Shown: positions 1 through 14,284 of the stretch, piece after piece
How the letters are laid out: every line of letters starts with the position of its first letter
Numbering within the stretch: position 1 is the first letter of the stretch
Source: Caecitellus pseudoparvulus
Lineage: Eukaryota; Protista; Bigyra: Bicosoecida
Reading direction: 5' to 3'
DNA: 64,000 nucleotides
NCBI GenBank assembly: GCA_965644315.1
Contig: CBFFRQ010000013.1
Span: 186,001-250,000, forward strand
The notes under the pieces: generated by a model
Told to the model about the DNA's origin: nothing
What the model saw: only the letters and a program-made list of their open reading frames with translations
Database searches by the model: none
Made by a program: the position numbers and the translations under genes

Positions 1-1600
1 TGGGTGCGTGTTGCAACGGCGTGGCATTGGCGGGAAACACGTGCCCGTGACTCGCTGAACGTGGCCACGCCTGGCCACCTGCACAGTGCAAGGCGAGTGG
101 ACGACACCAGCAACCATGGAGTCGCTCCCAGACCCAATGAACGGCGATGCTTTCATGAACGTGCCGCTGACGTCGGTGGATGAGCTGTCGCCCTTCGTGA
201 AGAGCCTGGCAAAGGTCCCAAAAACCGGCCTGCACAACCCCTTCAAAAACCCTGAACGCTACCTGGAGCTGGCCCACGTCAGCAACAAGGCAGGGCAATG
301 CTTGCGGGACCCTGACATTGCTGACTTCTTCACCCGCCTGATCCAGCGTGTGTGCCCGAAGTCATACGCGCAGGCTCGAGGCGAGGTGGACGTGACGGCG
401 CAGTTTCTGGAGAACTTCAGCGGGGACCAGGTGCGGTTCATGGCTCAGTCCTTCGGCGTAAGTGGGGATCACATGGGTCAGGAAAGCCGTGGGTACCGCT
501 GGCCTTATGGCCCTGTCGCCATCATCACCCCCTTCAACTTTGGCCTGGAAATCCCGGTGCTGCAGTTGATGGGCGCGCTCTTCATGGGCAACAAGCCCGT
601 GCTGAAGAGCGACAACAAGGTATCTGTTATCATGGAGCAGTTCTTGCTCATGCTGATTAATTCCTGCGGCTTGAACCCTGCGGATGTGGACTTCTTGAAC
701 AGCGACGGGCCGACCATGCAGCGCCTGCTGCGTGCTGCCAAGCCTCGCAACACCCTCTTCACGGGCTCCTCCCGCGTGGGCGAGATCCTGACCCGGGAAA
801 CCAAGGGCAAGATCAAGCTGGAGGATGCAGGCTTCGACTGGAAGGTGCTGGGCCCTGACGTGCCCCGGGACAGCAACCTGGTGGACTACGTGGCGTGGCA
901 GGCTGACCAGGACGCATACGGCTTCAGCGGGCAGAAGTGCTCGGCCCAGAGCATCATGTTCATGAACCGTGCTTGGAAAAAGGTGGACTTCCTGGAGAAG
1001 GTTGGGGACCTGGCCCGCCGCCGCAACCTGGAGGACCTGACCATCGGCCCCGTCCTGAGCTGGACAACGGAGGCAATGCTGGCGCACGTTCAGGAGCTTT
1101 TGAAGCTGAAGGGCGCGGAGCTGCTGTGGGGCGGCAAGGAGCTGCAGGGACACAGCATCCCCTCCTGCTACGGTGCCATCGAGCCGACAGCTGTGTATGT
1201 GCCGCTGTCCACCATGCGCAACCAGAAAGCATTCAAGCTGGCCACGAAGGAAGTCTTCGGACCCGTGCAGGTCATCACGGACTACAACAAGCAAGGCATC
1301 AACCGCGTCAAGTCGTACCTGGAGCGCATGGATCATCACCTGACGGCAGCCATTGTCAGCAACGACATTGGCTTCCAGCAGGACATGCTGGGCTCCACGG
1401 TCAACGGCACGACGTACGTTGGCATGCGGGCCCGCACGACAGGCGCGCCACAGAACCACTGGTTCGGGCCTGCTGGCGACCCACGTGGTGCAGGCATTGG
1501 TAGCCCAGAGGCCATCAAGCTGGTGTGGTCTTGCCACCGTGAGATCATCCACGACGTTGGGCCCATCGCAGAGGGGTGGACCACTCCCAAAGCCACTTGA
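1..1600 (+). CDS. ALDH12: Delta-1-pyrroline-5-carboxylate / glutamate semialdehyde dehydrogenase, ALDH12 family (5'-truncated by window)
   Basis: Motifs RWPYGPVAIITPFNF, LFTGSSRV, KLEDAGFDWK, catalytic GQKCSAQS, and TTGAPQNHWFGPAGDPRG. Intron 4..86 (GTGCGT..GCACAG) precedes the long exon 87..1600. Confidence 0.93.
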
Positions 1601-1830
1601 GGTAACACGTACGCCCCCTGCCCAATGCATGCAGAGCGCGGGGTGTGTTCAGCAGCCACACATGCATGCCAAAACCTAAACTGCGTGCACACACCCTCTC
1701 CTGATGCAGACGCACTCCCTGTCGCATCACCCACCCACTCTGCCTGACTCGATAGGTGGCGTTACGCTGCACGCAAGTGCCCTGTGCTCCGCGCGGCCTC
1801 TTTGTTCGCCCTGCCCCCCCGCTCTTGACC

Positions 1831-4786
<2,956 letters not shown>

Positions 4787-4830
4787 GAGCTGCGCCAGGC
4801 CCATGCAATGCATGCAAAGAACACACAGAG

Positions 4831-6291
4831 TTACAGCGATGCGTACGCCCCGAACACCGTCAGGGTGGTGACATCCCACTGCGCGCCAGCGCCGCGCACG
4901 CCGTACAGCCCGCCGCCAGTGGAGGCTTGCACCGTCTCCCAGGATGGCTGAGAGGGCTTGCCGAAGGGGCCAGAGGCGATGGTAAAGCCTGGCCGTGCGG
5001 TAAAACCGGTCGCTGTCATGCTGCCCTTGAGCAGGCGCACACCTCGCCAGGCCGGAATGGGGAGGTCGGACAGGGAGCACTGCCCGCTGGGGCACACCTG
5101 CAGCGAGCACAACTGGCTGCGCATGGCACCCACCATGTACTGCCCGTCCTGCGCGATCAGTCCGATGGTGGAGACGTCCAAGCCCTGCAGGGTCAAGTCA
5201 AAGGTGCAGGTGAGGTGGCCGTGCTGCAGTGTGTGCTGCACGCGCTGCACGTCAGGCGTCACGGGAACGCGCAAGAGAGTCATGTTCCCCACTGCACTGG
5301 GCCCGCCCAAGTCATGGTGCAACAGTGCACGTGAGCTGCCAATTGACACTTTGGGCGGTCCAAGGTCAGGCAGCTCCCCCACCAGCAGAGTAGTCTGGGG
5401 GGAAGCGCTGGTACTGTAGCTTGCGTTCACGATGCTGCCCTGCGAGTACAGCCCGCTGCCTGAGTTTTTCCACGAGTACCCCACGCTGGCAGCAAGGAAG
5501 TTGAAGCCCCCCGCCTGAGACACGGCACGCTGCAGGGGCTGTGCTGCAATGATGGGGTAGGAGCCAAGGTTTTCCCAGTACGAGCTGAAGACGATGTCCC
5601 GCACACCGGCCGCAGCCAGGGTCTGTATGGGGTTGGGGAAGAAAGCGTCGAAACACACCGCCTGACCAAACAGCCGGCCCGTGTGGGAGACGAACGTGAC
5701 GTAGGAGGGCGCCCAGGGTGCTGTGTCAAAGATGAGCCCCTCTCCGCCTGGCAGGTACAAGTGGTTCTTCACGTACCGACTGCCCAGCTGGCCCGAGCCG
5801 CCCACCAGGGAAACCTGAGTGTTGAACTGCCACCAACCTCGACTGGGGCAGCCCTGCTGGGCCGATGCACATGGCCGTTTCTCCGGAAGGTCAGCCACGA
5901 TGGTGATGTTGGCAGCCGCCGCCAAGCAGGCCATGCGTTGGAGGATGGGGGCACTGGGCATGCTGGGCAGCACGCCAGAGCACATGTCCGAGCCCTCCTT
6001 GGGGAACTGGAACAAGAAAGGGTGCACTTGCTCAGCTGTAGTGAACGAGAAGCCGGACACCGCCATCTCATTCAGCACTAGGATCTCTGCGCCACTGCGA
6101 GCTGCCTCCCACACCAGCGGCTCATACGTGGCCCATGTGGCATTCATCTGGCGGAAGCCATCTTCAGCTGTTGCTACTGGGGTTTGTGTGGGGCTGCTTT
6201 CCAGCACTGCACCGATGTAAGCTGCTGCCGTGAAGACGGAAGCGCTGGGAAGCAGGGCTCCAAGCAGGAGCATGTGCACTGCACTTCGCAT
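4831..6291 (-). CDS. Secreted vanin/biotinidase-like carbon-nitrogen hydrolase
   Basis: Signal-peptide-like N-terminus. Nitrilase-family E-K-C triad (LNEMAV, RYVKNHLY, AVCFDAFF), QFNTQV motif and Cys-containing C-terminal domain. Alternative start at 6351. Confidence 0.85.
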   Translation of the reverse strand: MRSAVHMLLLGALLPSASVFTAAAYIGAVLESSPTQTPVATAEDGFRQMNATWATYEPLVWEAARSGAEILVLNEMAVSGFSFTTAEQVHPFLFQFPKEGSDMCSGVLPSMPSAPILQRMACLAAAANITIVADLPEKRPCASAQQGCPSRGWWQFNTQVSLVGGSGQLGSRYVKNHLYLPGGEGLIFDTAPWAPSYVTFVSHTGRLFGQAVCFDAFFPNPIQTLAAAGVRDIVFSSYWENLGSYPIIAAQPLQRAVSQAGGFNFLAASVGYSWKNSGSGLYSQGSIVNASYSTSASPQTTLLVGELPDLGPPKVSIGSSRALLHHDLGGPSAVGNMTLLRVPVTPDVQRVQHTLQHGHLTCTFDLTLQGLDVSTIGLIAQDGQYMVGAMRSQLCSLQVCPSGQCSLSDLPIPAWRGVRLLKGSMTATGFTARPGFTIASGPFGKPSQPSWETVQASTGGGLYGVRGAGAQWDVTTLTVFGAYASL

Positions 6292-6642
6292 GGTGCGAGG
6301 AGGCAGTGTGGCTCTTGAGGCGATGAGCACGGCCGAAGTACGCCTGGGCATGGAGCTGATTTATGTGTTTTGTTATGGAGCAACGGCAACTCCTTGCTTG
6401 ATGAACCGGGGGCACCCCTACATGCGTGCCCTTCCCTTGCCACCCCCCCTGACCTCTCAACCCAATACCGGTGTCCCTCATTTGCGGGATCAGGAGAAAT
6501 CCAGCATCTGACATTTCACCCTTGTCCTCCGCCTTCTGTGCACGAGCTTCCGTTCGTGGTACGGCCCTGTGCACCCGGAGCAGTGTGCGCCAAACCGATT
6601 TCCGCAAGCTCTCCAACGCCCATCACTCCACTCGCGCCAGCC

Positions 6643-7335
6643 ATGGCGAGCGAGCCTGCCGAAGCCCCTTCCAACCCCTGTGTAAAGATTAGCACGTCTA
6701 TGGTGCGTTGCTGTGGCGGCATGTCCAGTGTGTCGGGCGCCCACATCCCGCGCTGCTCATCCCCGACGGTGAACCTTGTGCAGGGCGACTTTGCCGTGGA
6801 GCTGTACGACAAGCACGCGCCGAAGACGTGCAAGAACTTCCTTGGCCTGGTGCAGCGCGGGTACTACAATGGCGTGGCGTTCCATCGCATCATCTCTGTG
6901 CGTTGCGCTTGCTCCTGGACACTTCCTGCACCAGTGGACGCCACCTTTGCCTTGTGCGCCCCTCCGCAGGACTTCATGATTCAAGGCGGGGACCCCACGG
7001 GCACGGGAAGGGGAGGAGAGAGCATCTATGGGGGACCCTTTGACGACGAGATCTCCCCCGACTTGAAGCACACTGGGGCTGGCATCCTGTCCATGGCCAA
7101 CTCTGGCCCCAACACCAACCGCTCCCAGTTCTTCATCACCCTTGCCCCCACCTCGTGGCTGGATGGCAAGCACACCATTTTCGGGCGCGTGGCAAGTGGC
7201 ATGAAGACCATCGAGAAGATGGGCATGGTGCAGACCGACGCCTCCGACAAGCCCAAGGAGCCAGTCACCATCAAGTCTGCCACTGTCATCGAGCACGCTG
7301 ACCTGCAAGAGACGACGCTGGCCACGAGCTCTTGA
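6643..7335 (+). CDS. PPIL1: Cyclophilin-type PPIase, PPIL1-like
   Basis: Motifs ELYDKHAPKTCKNF, FHRII|DFMIQGGDPTGTGRGG and SQFFITLAPTSWLDGKHTIFGRV. Introns 6703-6783 and 6898-6969 remove non-homologous in-frame inserts. Confidence 0.92.
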   Translation: MASEPAEAPSNPCVKISTSMVRCCGGMSSVSGAHIPRCSSPTVNLVQGDFAVELYDKHAPKTCKNFLGLVQRGYYNGVAFHRIISVRCACSWTLPAPVDATFALCAPPQDFMIQGGDPTGTGRGGESIYGGPFDDEISPDLKHTGAGILSMANSGPNTNRSQFFITLAPTSWLDGKHTIFGRVASGMKTIEKMGMVQTDASDKPKEPVTIKSATVIEHADLQETTLATSS

Positions 7336-7665
7336 GCACTTGGCTCCCTTCCCAATTCTTGCCCGTTGCTGCATCTGCCCCACGTGCCGCGTGGCTTGCA
7401 AAGGATGTCCACCGGCACTTGCCAGGACAGCGCGGACCCAAGGCAGAGCGTGCAGTCAAAATACACTCGAAGAATGACTGACGCATCTGCATCTTCTTGA
7501 GCTTCCTCTTCAATTCTGTGCCTCACAGTCCCTGAGCAGCGGCACTCGAAGCAGGGCGACTTTCAAAGGCGTGCACTGGCGTTTCATTCGTGACGAAACG
7601 CCAGCGCACTTTCGCACAGCCGGCAACACGCTCGCGGCATCGGAGAGCTAGTCCCTGCATTGAAA

Positions 7666-9563
7666 ATGGAAGTTTTCCTGCACTCCTACCATTCCAGTAG
7701 TGGGTTCGCCAGTGACGCGGATTGCGCTGTTCTGCTGGGAATGGGAGGCATTGCCGGTGCGTGGTAAGCAGCATGGCTGTCCAGCACATAGCACTCCACC
7801 CTCCGCTTGTCTTGCAGAATGGGAAGGTGGCATTGAACCTCTGCCACAAGCATCTCTTCCTTCCTTGCCTGACTCGCTCTTCTCGGCGGCGGATACAGCC
7901 CTCGCTGCAAGCGGCGGAGCTGGCTCGGCACTGTCCAGCGTAAGCAGCCACCGACGCTGCCGTGCCGCGCAGGCTCCGACCAAAACGCTGACACTCTGAA
8001 CACGATGCGCAGGCCCTTCCCATGGACCTTCCCCTGGCCCTCTTGAGCAATGCCAGTGCAGGAGCGAGCAGCCCTGCCCCTCAACCCGCTGAGCAAGCCG
8101 TGCGCAGCACGCCACATGCGCCCCGCGCTCGGCCACCCGCTGCGTCGGCAGCAGCAGGCACCTTCACAGGGCACGGACAGAGTGATGCAGGTGCTCCCTC
8201 TCGTGGGGGCGGCATGGACACCTCCTCCGTCGCCACATGGGTGGGCAAGCAGCACATGTTCAAGGGTCGCGCAGGTGGAGGGGCCGCTGGCGGCAGCGGA
8301 GGGGGGTTCAAAGTGCCCCGCGCTGCCGCTCCGTCGCCACCACCAGACGCATCAGAGGATGACGTGTCCCCTGATGCTGCCGCTGACCAAGGCCCCTTTC
8401 GCACAGCTCGGTCCATGGCGGGGCCAGCCTACGCCGACAAGCCAGGCAAGACGCTGGGCGGCAAGCGCCGGTTCCAGCCGCCAGCCGCAGAAGGCACCTC
8501 CAGCAGTGGTGGCACTCGCAAGTCTGCCAAGGCCTCTGCTGGCGCGTCGCCCAGTGGGGAGGAGGAGACGTACTGGTGGATGCCAGAGGACGGGGAGCTG
8601 CCGGAAGCGCTCAAGGGCATCGAGCCGGCGATGATCGACCGCATCATGAACGAAGTCATGGACAACGGTGACCCCATCGCCTTCGACGACATCGCTGGCC
8701 TGGGGCGGGTCAAGCAGAGCGTCATCGAGATCGTCGTGTGGCCCATCCTGAACCCTGCCCTGTTCTCCGGCCTGCGGGCGCTGCCGCGGGGCCTGCTGCT
8801 GTTCGGGCCGCCAGGCACGGGCAAGACCCTCATCGGCAAGGCTGTGGCGTCCCAGAGTGGCGCGACCTTCTTCAGCGTCTCTGCGTCGTCCCTGACGTCC
8901 AAGTGGATCGGGGAGGGGGAGCGCATGGTCCGCACCATGTTCGCTGCTGCACGGTGGAAGCAGCCCGCAGTCATCTTCATCGACGAAATCGACTCCCTGC
9001 TCACTGCGCGTGGGGAGGGGGAGCACGAGGCCTCGCGCCGCATCAAGACGGAGTTCCTCGTGCAGATGGACGGCGCCGGGACCAAGGCGGATGACCAAGT
9101 CCTCGTCATTGGCGCCACGAACCGCCCTGGGGAGCTGGACGAGGCTGCCAGGCGCCGCTTTGTCAAGCGCCTGTACGTCCCTCTGCCGGACGATGAGGGG
9201 CGCGCCGCCCTCATCCAGCGGCTGCTGTCACGCGCTGACTCCAAGCACGCCCTCGCACCAGCCGAGGTGCAAGAGGTGGTCAGGCGCACCAAGGGATACT
9301 CTGGCGCTGATCTGACGCAGCTTTGCCAAGCTGCGGCGTGGGCGCCCCTGCGAGAACTGGCGGCGCATGTCTCTGACATCAAGGCCGTGTCAGCGGACTC
9401 CATCCGCAGCATCACCCTGAAGGACTTCAAGAAGGCGCTGCGCATCCAGGGCCCCTCTGTGGACCCGTCTGAAGTGGAGCGGTATGAAAGCTTCGATGCA
9501 AAGTTTGGCGTGTCGGCCCAAGCTGCTGCCATGGACAGCGACACCTCTGAGGATGAAGGGTGA
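7666..9563 (+). CDS. FIGNL1: Fidgetin-like 1 AAA ATPase
   Basis: AAA domain ([32 protein letters not shown]) with FxxA (FRTA) and FxPP (FQPP) motifs upstream, as in the RAD51-binding region of FIGNL1. Proposed exons 7666-7756, 7818-7939, 8013-9563; the 5' exons are less certain. Confidence 0.85.
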
Positions 9564-9758
9564 AGTGGACAGGGTCTAGATGCAGCCCCAGGTCTGCGTG
9601 CGGGAGGGGGGCTTGAGCACGCCATCGAAGACTTCTCAAAATGCAAGCAGCACTTCCTTTGACAGTGCTTGCAGGCGCCGCTTTTGCGTGCGATACTGCA
9701 CCAGATCAGCAGAGCACATGGGCGCTTGAGCTCCAAAGCACAAGGCAACCTAGGCGCG

Positions 9759-12700
9759 ATGCAGGCCACAGCGCGAGGAGCTGCGCTGGCACGCTCACGG
9801 CTGGTGCCACGTAGGGCACCCACAGCTCGTCGCTGGTTTGGGAGGAGCATCAGCACGGAGGCAGTGGCTCAGAGGCTGTGTAAGTGTGCGGAAATCAGTG
9901 CGGAGCTTTCTTGCCACCACCACCCTCCCCTCCCGTGAAGTGCAGCGGAACCCATGGGCGCTTCGTTTGACAGCAAGGCGATCGAACAGGGCTGGGTTCA
10001 AGAGTGGGAAGCAGCTGGCGTGCACTCCGCGAACCGTGGAGCGCAGCAGCGATACACGCTGCTGCTGCCGCCGCCCAACGTGACTGGTGCGCTTCACATT
10101 GGACATGCCCTGACGGTGGCAGTGCAAGACAGCCTCTGCCGCTGGAGACGCATGCATGGAGACGATGTTGTTTGGGTGCCTGGCATGGACCACGCTGGCA
10201 TCGCGACACAGACCGTTGTGGAGCGCCAGCTGAGCTTGCGAGGCGGCCGCACCCGCCACTCCCTGGGGCGTGCCGCCTTTGAAGCTGAGGCGAGGGCGTG
10301 GAGCGAAAGGTACGCGGAGCGCATCCGGCATCAGCTTCGCCGCATGGGGGCAGTGCTGAACTGGGAGCGGGAGTACTTCACCTTGGACGGACCGCGCAGC
10401 GCCGCGGTCACGGACGCCTTCCGGCAACTGCACGCTGCCGGGCAGCTGTATCGCGGCATGCGCATGGTGAATTGGTGCCCAGCTCTGGCAACAGCCATCA
10501 GCGACATCGAAGTGGAGGTGGTGCAGGTGCCTGGCCGCACAAGCGTGAGCGTGCCTGGGCCACAGGGCAAGCGGCCTGTGGAGGTGGGCGTCATGCACAC
10601 CTTTCGGTACCCGCTCGTGGACCGCGCAGGGGATCCGATGCAAGGCCGCCACCTCAGCATAGCAACAACACGCCTGGAAACCATGCTAGGGGATGTGGCA
10701 GTGGCGGTGCACCCTGACGATGAACGGTACGCGGCACTGGTGCGGGATGGTTGCCAGGTCCGGCACCCGATCACAGGACAGTGCCTGCCCATCGTGGCCG
10801 ATGGGGAGCTCGTGGACCCCGCACTGGGCACTGGCGCGGTGAAGCTGACCCCTGCACACGACCCTAACGACCATGCTGCGGCGGTGCGCCACGGGCTGCC
10901 CGTCGCTGCCAGCGTGATGATGGATGGTGCAGGCAAAGTGAGCGCCGTGCGTGGGGCAGAGGCTTATCAAGGCATGGACCGCTTCGAAGCCCGTACTGCT
11001 TTGGTGGAGGAACTGAGCCAGCTGGGTCTGTATGAAGGGGCACAAGACCACGCCATGGCGCTGGCGACGTGCAGTCGCAGCGGGGACATACTTGAGCCGT
11101 TCCTGCTGCCCCAGTGGTTCGTGCGAGGCGACGACATGGCGCGCGATGCCGCTGGCCTTGCCACTTCTGGCGCCCTCACCTTCTCTCCGCCCCAGCCCCA
11201 CGGCACGCTGTGGCAAGGGTGGCTCGGCGCGCCCCAGGACTGGTGCATCTCTCGGCAGCTGTGGTGGGGCCACCGCATCCCAGCCTTCTACGCGGAGAGT
11301 CCCCAGGCACCAGCCGTCGGCCCGCCAGGATCGCCGGACGAAGACGTTGATCGCTGGGTTGTGGCTGGGAGTGCGGAGGAGGCCCGGGCCCTGGCAGCAC
11401 AGCGTTTGCAAGTGGACGAAGTGACTGTGTCGGTGGTACAGGATGCTGATGTCCTGGACACGTGGTTTTCGTCGGGGCTGCTGCCTGCCTCGGCTGCTGG
11501 AGATCGGTGGCCCCTCTCAGCCATGGAGACGGGGCACGACATTCTGTTCTTCTGGGTGGCACGCATGGTCATGCTGTGCCGGGCGTTGGGGCACGGCACG
11601 CCCTTTCCGCGAGTGCTGCTTCACCCCATGGTGCGGGACAAGCACGGCCGCAAGATGTCCAAGTCTCTGGGCAACGTCATCGACCCGCTGGCTGTCATCG
11701 AAGGGCGGAGCGTGGATGAGTTGACTGCCCCCCTGCGGCAGCAGGCGGCAGGGGACAATGCGTCGGGTGCAGCTGCACAGGGGCCTCTGCTGGACCCTGC
11801 CGAGGTGACCCGCGCGCTGGCATCCATTGAGGAGGACTTTCCAGACGGCATTCCGCCTTGTGGCACTGATGCCCTCCGTGTGACGCTGTGTGGAAACTTG
11901 ACAGCATCCGGCTCGTTGAACTTGGACGTGTCCGCTGCCGCGACTAACTGGCGCTTCTGCAACAAGATGTGGAATGCGGTCAAGTTTGCGATGACACACC
12001 TGCATGGCACGGCCTGGAGCAGGGCCAGTGATGCTCCTGGCCCGCTCGGCGTGCCAGGGATGCCCCAGCTGCCGCCCTCCTCCGCACTAACCCTGCCACA
12101 GCGCTGGGTGCTGTCTCGGGCAGCTCGTGCCGCCTCTGCAGTGGACAGCAGCATGGAGGCGTTTCGCATGAGCGAAGCAGTTGCAGCAGCACAGTCTTTT
12201 TGGCTCAATGACGTGTGCGACGTGTTCGTAGAGGCGGCCAAGGTGGACTTGAAGCAGGGTGGCGCTCAGGCTGACGCTGCCGCGGCCGTCCTGGCTGTGG
12301 CAGTGGACACAGGCCTGCGCCTGCTGCACCCCTTCATGCCCTTCGTCACGGAGGAACTGTGGCAGCGACTGATGGTGGCGGGGGCAGGTGGCATAGATGC
12401 CCCTCCAGGGCCAGGGCCAGTCCTAGCAAAGGCACCCTGGCCAGCGCAGTTTCTCGCACCGCACTACCTGGATGATGGCGCAGAAAGCGGCATGGACACA
12501 GCCCGGGCCATCGTGGCGGCAGCGCGGGCCCTGGCTCAGACCGCACGAGAAGCCTCTGGCATGGCAGCACCAGATGTGCGCTACACATTGGTGGGGCCGG
12601 CGCTGGAGCCAGCTGTCTTGGACACAGTCCTCTGCCTGTTGAAGTGTAGTCCGGATCAGGTGCGGGTGTCCACTCAGCCCGCCGGTGTCCCTGCCTTGAC

Positions 12701-12995
12701 GGCGCCTGGCCCAGGCGGGCTGCAAGTGCAGGTGCTCATGCCTTCTGATGCCGGTGCTGTGGAGAAGATGCGGGCAGCACACGCTGCACGGGTGAAGAAG
12801 CTGCAGAAGCTGCAAAAGAAGCTGCAGGGGGTGCGGAGCCGCCTTGCCAACCCGAAGTTCAGGGACGGCGCAACAGTAGCGGTGGTTCAGGCGGCCCAGC
12901 ATGAAGAGAGTGAACTTGAGGCGGCCATCGCCACACTTCAGGAAGCGGCAGGCCAGTTGCAAGAGCTGCTGTCAGCGTGTGAGACTCACAGGTAG
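9759..12995 (+). CDS. VARS2: Valyl-tRNA synthetase, probably mitochondrial
   Basis: PPPNVTGALHIGH, DWCISRQLWWGHRIP and KMSKS motifs. Arg/Ala-rich presequence-like exon 9759-9879 is joined in frame via intron 9880-9945 (GTAAGT..TGCAG). Confidence 0.93.
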
Positions 12996-13093
12996 CCGAG
13001 CGAAGCTTCAGCGCCAGGCCGCTCACGCTGCCACTGCAAAACAACTCGCACAGCAATGCAGCGCCGTGCGATGAGCTGCTGGATACTGTCGCC

Positions 13094-14143
13094 ATGGCAG
13101 CCTCTGATGCAGGCCAGCGCACGGAGGTGCCCCTAGCCTTCAAGCGCCCCTTATCTTCTCCGCTGCTGCACGCAACCGTGGAGGCTGTCCTTGCAGCTTG
13201 CCTCTTTGCGAAGCAGCAAATCCCATGGTGAGGCCTGCCGCCCGCATATGTGTGGACGACTGGCACCACATGATGCATGAACTCGAGTCGCAGTCGAGTG
13301 GACGAGTTGCAGCAGCGCGTGCAGGCCAGGGACCAGCTGAACAGGGCTGGCGAGCGGTGAGTTTCATGCCGTAACGCCAGCGCGTCGCCCCAACCTCGGA
13401 CGCACTGCAGGGCTCCGCACGCTTGCAGAGCGCGCAAACGCATGAAAGCAACACTTTCTGCATTTGACGACGTGCTAAGCTGTCTGTGGGCAGGGCTTGC
13501 CGTCCCCCCTCGGCAAGTCACGCTTGTCTTCGGCAAGTCTGTGGTGAATGCGCTTTCAGCAGTGACCCTGCTCGTGGATGTTGACGCCTGCCCACCAACA
13601 AACACGACAACACATGTGCCCGTCCCTCCCCATCTTCCTGCGGCAGGAGCCAGTCCCACGCCTCCGTGGGCCGGCATTCTCAGTGCTCAGCGCCCCTCGG
13701 CAGCCGCAAAGCAGTCCCTCGCGTCCTCCGCCGGGGACCAACCTGCCTGCGCGTTTGAGGGGGCGGTGGATTCGGCCTGGGGTGGCCTTGATGAAGCATG
13801 TGATGCATGGATGAGTGGGGGTTCCTGGAGCCCGTCCCTGCGTGCTGCCGTGCAGCGCAAAACAGTGAGGGCGCTGCTGTCTGCAGCCGCCACGGAGTTG
13901 ACTGGGAAGCACGCGCTGGGCAAATGCTGGGTCATCCTCACCACTACTTGCCCAGTGTGTCCTCCAGGGTGGAAAGCCGTGCCGTCCTGGAAGTTACGGG
14001 TGCGTCAACACCGTGGTCGTGCACGACACCCCCCCGTGACTGTTGCCGTGTCTGGCCCAGCCTGCGAGGGTGCTGGAACGCTCTCCGCCCCAGTGCTGCA
14101 CCACTTCCAGTGCGACGCTGCGATCCCTGGTGTGCAAGGTTGA
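13094..14143 (+). CDS. MAD2L1BP: p31comet (MAD2L1BP)-like HORMA-domain protein
   Basis: Exons 13094-13227, 13294-13356 and 13429-14143 splice in frame. Segments ACLFAKQQIPC, TLSAFDDVLSCL..VTLVFGKS, RKTVRALL, GWKAVPSWKL and terminal HHFQCDAAIPGVQG* resemble p31comet blocks as I recall them (HIMYQRQQLP, VLILLGG, RRLFRAIF, WFRPKLNY, IWFQAPVTFKGF). Confidence 0.65.
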
Positions 14144-14284
14144 AAGCCATGATACATTGTGCGCTGCATGCAGCAAAGTGGGGCAGGTGCAGCCTCGCGA
14201 GGGTGCGGGAGTACGCCACAACGCCCCTGCAACCTTCTCAGGCGCCAATCTGCCAGCCTGCCAAGCCGAGCTGCCCCTGCCCCC

